64,000 nt of DNA from the human T2T-CHM13v2.0 reference genome, Homo sapiens. Below the pieces are notes generated by a model, which made no database searches, had not been told where the DNA came from, and saw nothing but the letters and a program-made list of their open reading frames with translations. The stretch lies in NCBI RefSeq assembly GCF_009914755.1, contig NC_060931.1. One strand, given 5' to 3'. Shown here one piece after another: positions 61,434-64,000 of this stretch. The stretch's first letter is position 1. Each line of letters begins with the position of its first letter. Position numbers and translations under genes: made by a program.

Positions 61434-61895
61434 TGTATCAGGATTCTAGAAGGAAACAAAGGGCAACACAAATGGGGCAATTGAGGGGTGTTCGATGAAG
61501 GGACTGTTTATGAAACTCTGGGCAGGGTTAAGTATGTGGAACCCTTTCAGGCTAGCAATAGTGTGGAAAATTTCACTACTCCTCCGGGGAGAATTTAGAG
61601 AAATTGGTTCTGGAACTGCCTGAGCAAGAGCTGTAGCCTTCTAAGGAATAACTTAGGCAATACCATTTCCTTGTCCAGCTGGGAAGAAGCCAGGAGAACA
61701 AATATACTGAGCTCACTTTTCTCCTTCCTTATGATCATTTGGTCAGTTTGCTGCCCATTGGCCAAACCCAACTTGAGGCCAGGGGACAAGGACTTTGTAA
61801 TTACACGCTCATTAAGGACAGCCTGTGGGGAGCAAAGAACAGGGTGAAGGAGAGTCAAGAATGCATCAGAAGAGGCAAATTCAGAATATCTAGCA
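61434..61895. mobile_element. Old MaLR LTR (MLT1-like) nested in a MIR, itself within an L2
   Basis: tgtatcagg...gaggcaaattcagaatatctagca. MIR-like sequence on both sides (61340-61430, 61905-62010). Confidence 0.55.
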
Positions 61896-63489
61896 GAGTT
61901 TTACTACATGTATTTCACAGACAAAGCCACTGAAGCTTAGCCCCAAATCACACATCTTGTAAGTGGCAGTCATAGCTGACCCCAAAGAGGAAGCTCTTAC
62001 ATACTACATCAAACTGTCTCTTCATCAGAATATGGAAGAGGAGTAGGAAGGGCAAACTTTGCAGCTAGGAGACCAGTTAATAGGCTCAAGACCCAGAAGT
62101 GTTTAAGTCTGAGGGCTTGATGTGGCAGCAGCAGTGGGGAAAAAGAAGGGAATGGATTAGAAACAGTGGAGTGGAGGCAGAATGAACAGAACTTTGGGCC
62201 TCAGTTTATTTTCTGTTTAAAAATAAATAAGAATATTATAGAAGATACAGACTGTCTTAGATCCTTGCCTGAATGAAAGCTCTGTGATGATTCTTCTCTG
62301 TAGTGATTGTGGTATGTATTTATTTCATGGAATTAATGTATTTTTGAAAATATTCCCTAAATGCTTCTTTTGGAGATTCAAAGTTGTGACATTTATTTAC
62401 TACATTAGCAATGCCCAACTCCAATTTCAAGACAACCAAGATTGTCACCAGGTGTCACAAAGTAGCTTTAAAATTATCAAAATAAAGATGTGCATATCTT
62501 TTAATAGGCCTCTCCTCAAATAGAATGATGAAAGAAAAGAAAATACTAAAAGCATGGTGAAAATAATTCAGAAAACCTGGGCAGCAACCATAAAATGTAA
62601 AAGTATTACAATAATTCAATATGACCCAAAGCTTTTTTTTCTTGAATTTGCTCAATAATCGCCTCATTAATTTGCACTGATTCATAAGGGCATTTATTAT
62701 TGAAGAAACATAAAAACCTCTTAGTTCATGTTTGAAAGTAGTTGCCTATTTTTATCTCATGGAATGTTTTAAAAATTCACTTCAGTCCGGGCATTTCAGA
62801 AGAGCCTTTTATTTCAGTGTTATTTATTACATGCCCTTTAGATTGGCTTTGACCACACCCCAGTTTGAGGTTTCTGAAAACAAAAAACAAAAAACAAACA
62901 AACAAAAAACTGTCCTTAGGATCCTGTAAGATAAATAGGCCATTCCCTTTTCACGGTCCCCGTCTCCCAGCAGTTTCCATTTCCCGCTGTTACCCTGCAA
63001 GCCATCACAGCCTTCTAGCTTACTGCTCCATTTATGTGTCTACTGCCTTCCACCCTTTCCATTTTAAAACAAAACAAACCAACAGACAACGCAGATAAGA
63101 GTTGTTCTCATTTCAGCAACCAGACCCTAGCTTGAAGTTTCCTGAGCTTTTCCCTGCAGTATTTCCTTAACGATTTTCTCTTTTCTTCACAGGCTTTTTG
63201 TCTGATTATCTGGAGGCTCTCTAGACAGCGTCAGTCATTCTCTCTAATGTACTCGTGTTTTTGGAACCTTTTTCCAGAACAACCAGCCTGTGTTTTCAGT
63301 TCACTTCCCATTCCTGTCTTCGCTGCCATCCATCCCACAACCTTATCCCTTTCAGTCTCCCTCACCAGGCTAGCTGGTCACCATTCTGGACTTTGGATCT
63401 GCTGGTCTAGGCTACCATCCAATGTGAGCCCCACACTTGCCAGGCAACCTGTTCCCAAGTTCCCAGTCTTCTTGGGGAGGTGATAGCAC

Positions 63490-63680
63490 TACCTGCATTT
63501 TCCCAGCCACTTACTACAGTATGACCTGGGGTAAATTAGTTTCTCTAGGCATTAGTTTTCTTTCTGTTATATTGGGATACGAATAATCTTACGACACTCT
63601 AAGTTGTGTAACCATTAAATGATATAATACATTTAAAACCATTAGAGTACCTAACAGATTATAACTGCTCAATAAATTAT
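63490..63680 (+). mobile_element. MIR
   Basis: cccagccacttactacagtatgacctgggg...gctcaataaattat. Confidence 0.75.
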
Positions 63681-64000
63681 CTTGTGCTTTGCCTCTGTGT
63701 AATGAGCACTGTACATCCACTGATTTTCATGATTTTGTATTATCTACAATAAGACCAGGTAAGGATATTGCCTCCTCCTACTACTTAAAAAAGAAAGAAA
63801 GAAAGAAAAAGAACTCTAGGTGGTTTAGGAAGGAAATGGGAAGAGTTTTCTCATAAGCCTCCCATACAAACACTCATACTAATTTTTTCTTTTAAAAACT
63901 AAAGAAATTAACACACTAACAAGAGCATATGTTGTCATTTTAAATATGTATGTATAATAAATTTTATATTTATAGATTGACTTCTTTCCTATCAAATGCA

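Overview
Primate (most likely human) genomic DNA, AT-rich and repeat-dense, lying inside the CDK14 (PFTK1/PFTAIRE-1) kinase gene on the + strand. Only two short coding exons are present: 15387-15449 (HTDLCQYMDKHPGGLHPDNVK) and 33700-33823 (LFLFQ...HRDLKPQN...LADF-G), joined in frame across an 18.25-kb intron. The flanking exons lie outside the window. The rest is intron filled with L1, Alu, MIR, L2, MaLR/ERV LTRs, a hAT transposon and simple repeats. Nearly all ORFs in the supplied track are repeat-derived or chance ORFs. I see no prokaryote-type system and nothing I can claim as a new gene. The best leads are: (i) an antisense L1PA5-like element that kept its 5'UTR/antisense promoter and an ORF0 remnant but lost its 3' ~70%; (ii) a ~265-bp AGAGG/AGGGG/AAGGG tract grown from an Alu tail, reminiscent of RFC1; (iii) splicing features around the catalytic exon (in-frame tandem acceptor, intron read-through with a polyA signal, inverted AluY pair, candidate recursive splice sites); and (iv) several non-canonical insertion or duplication scars. 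Repeat subfamily names come from recalled consensus sequences and need RepeatMasker/Dfam confirmation.
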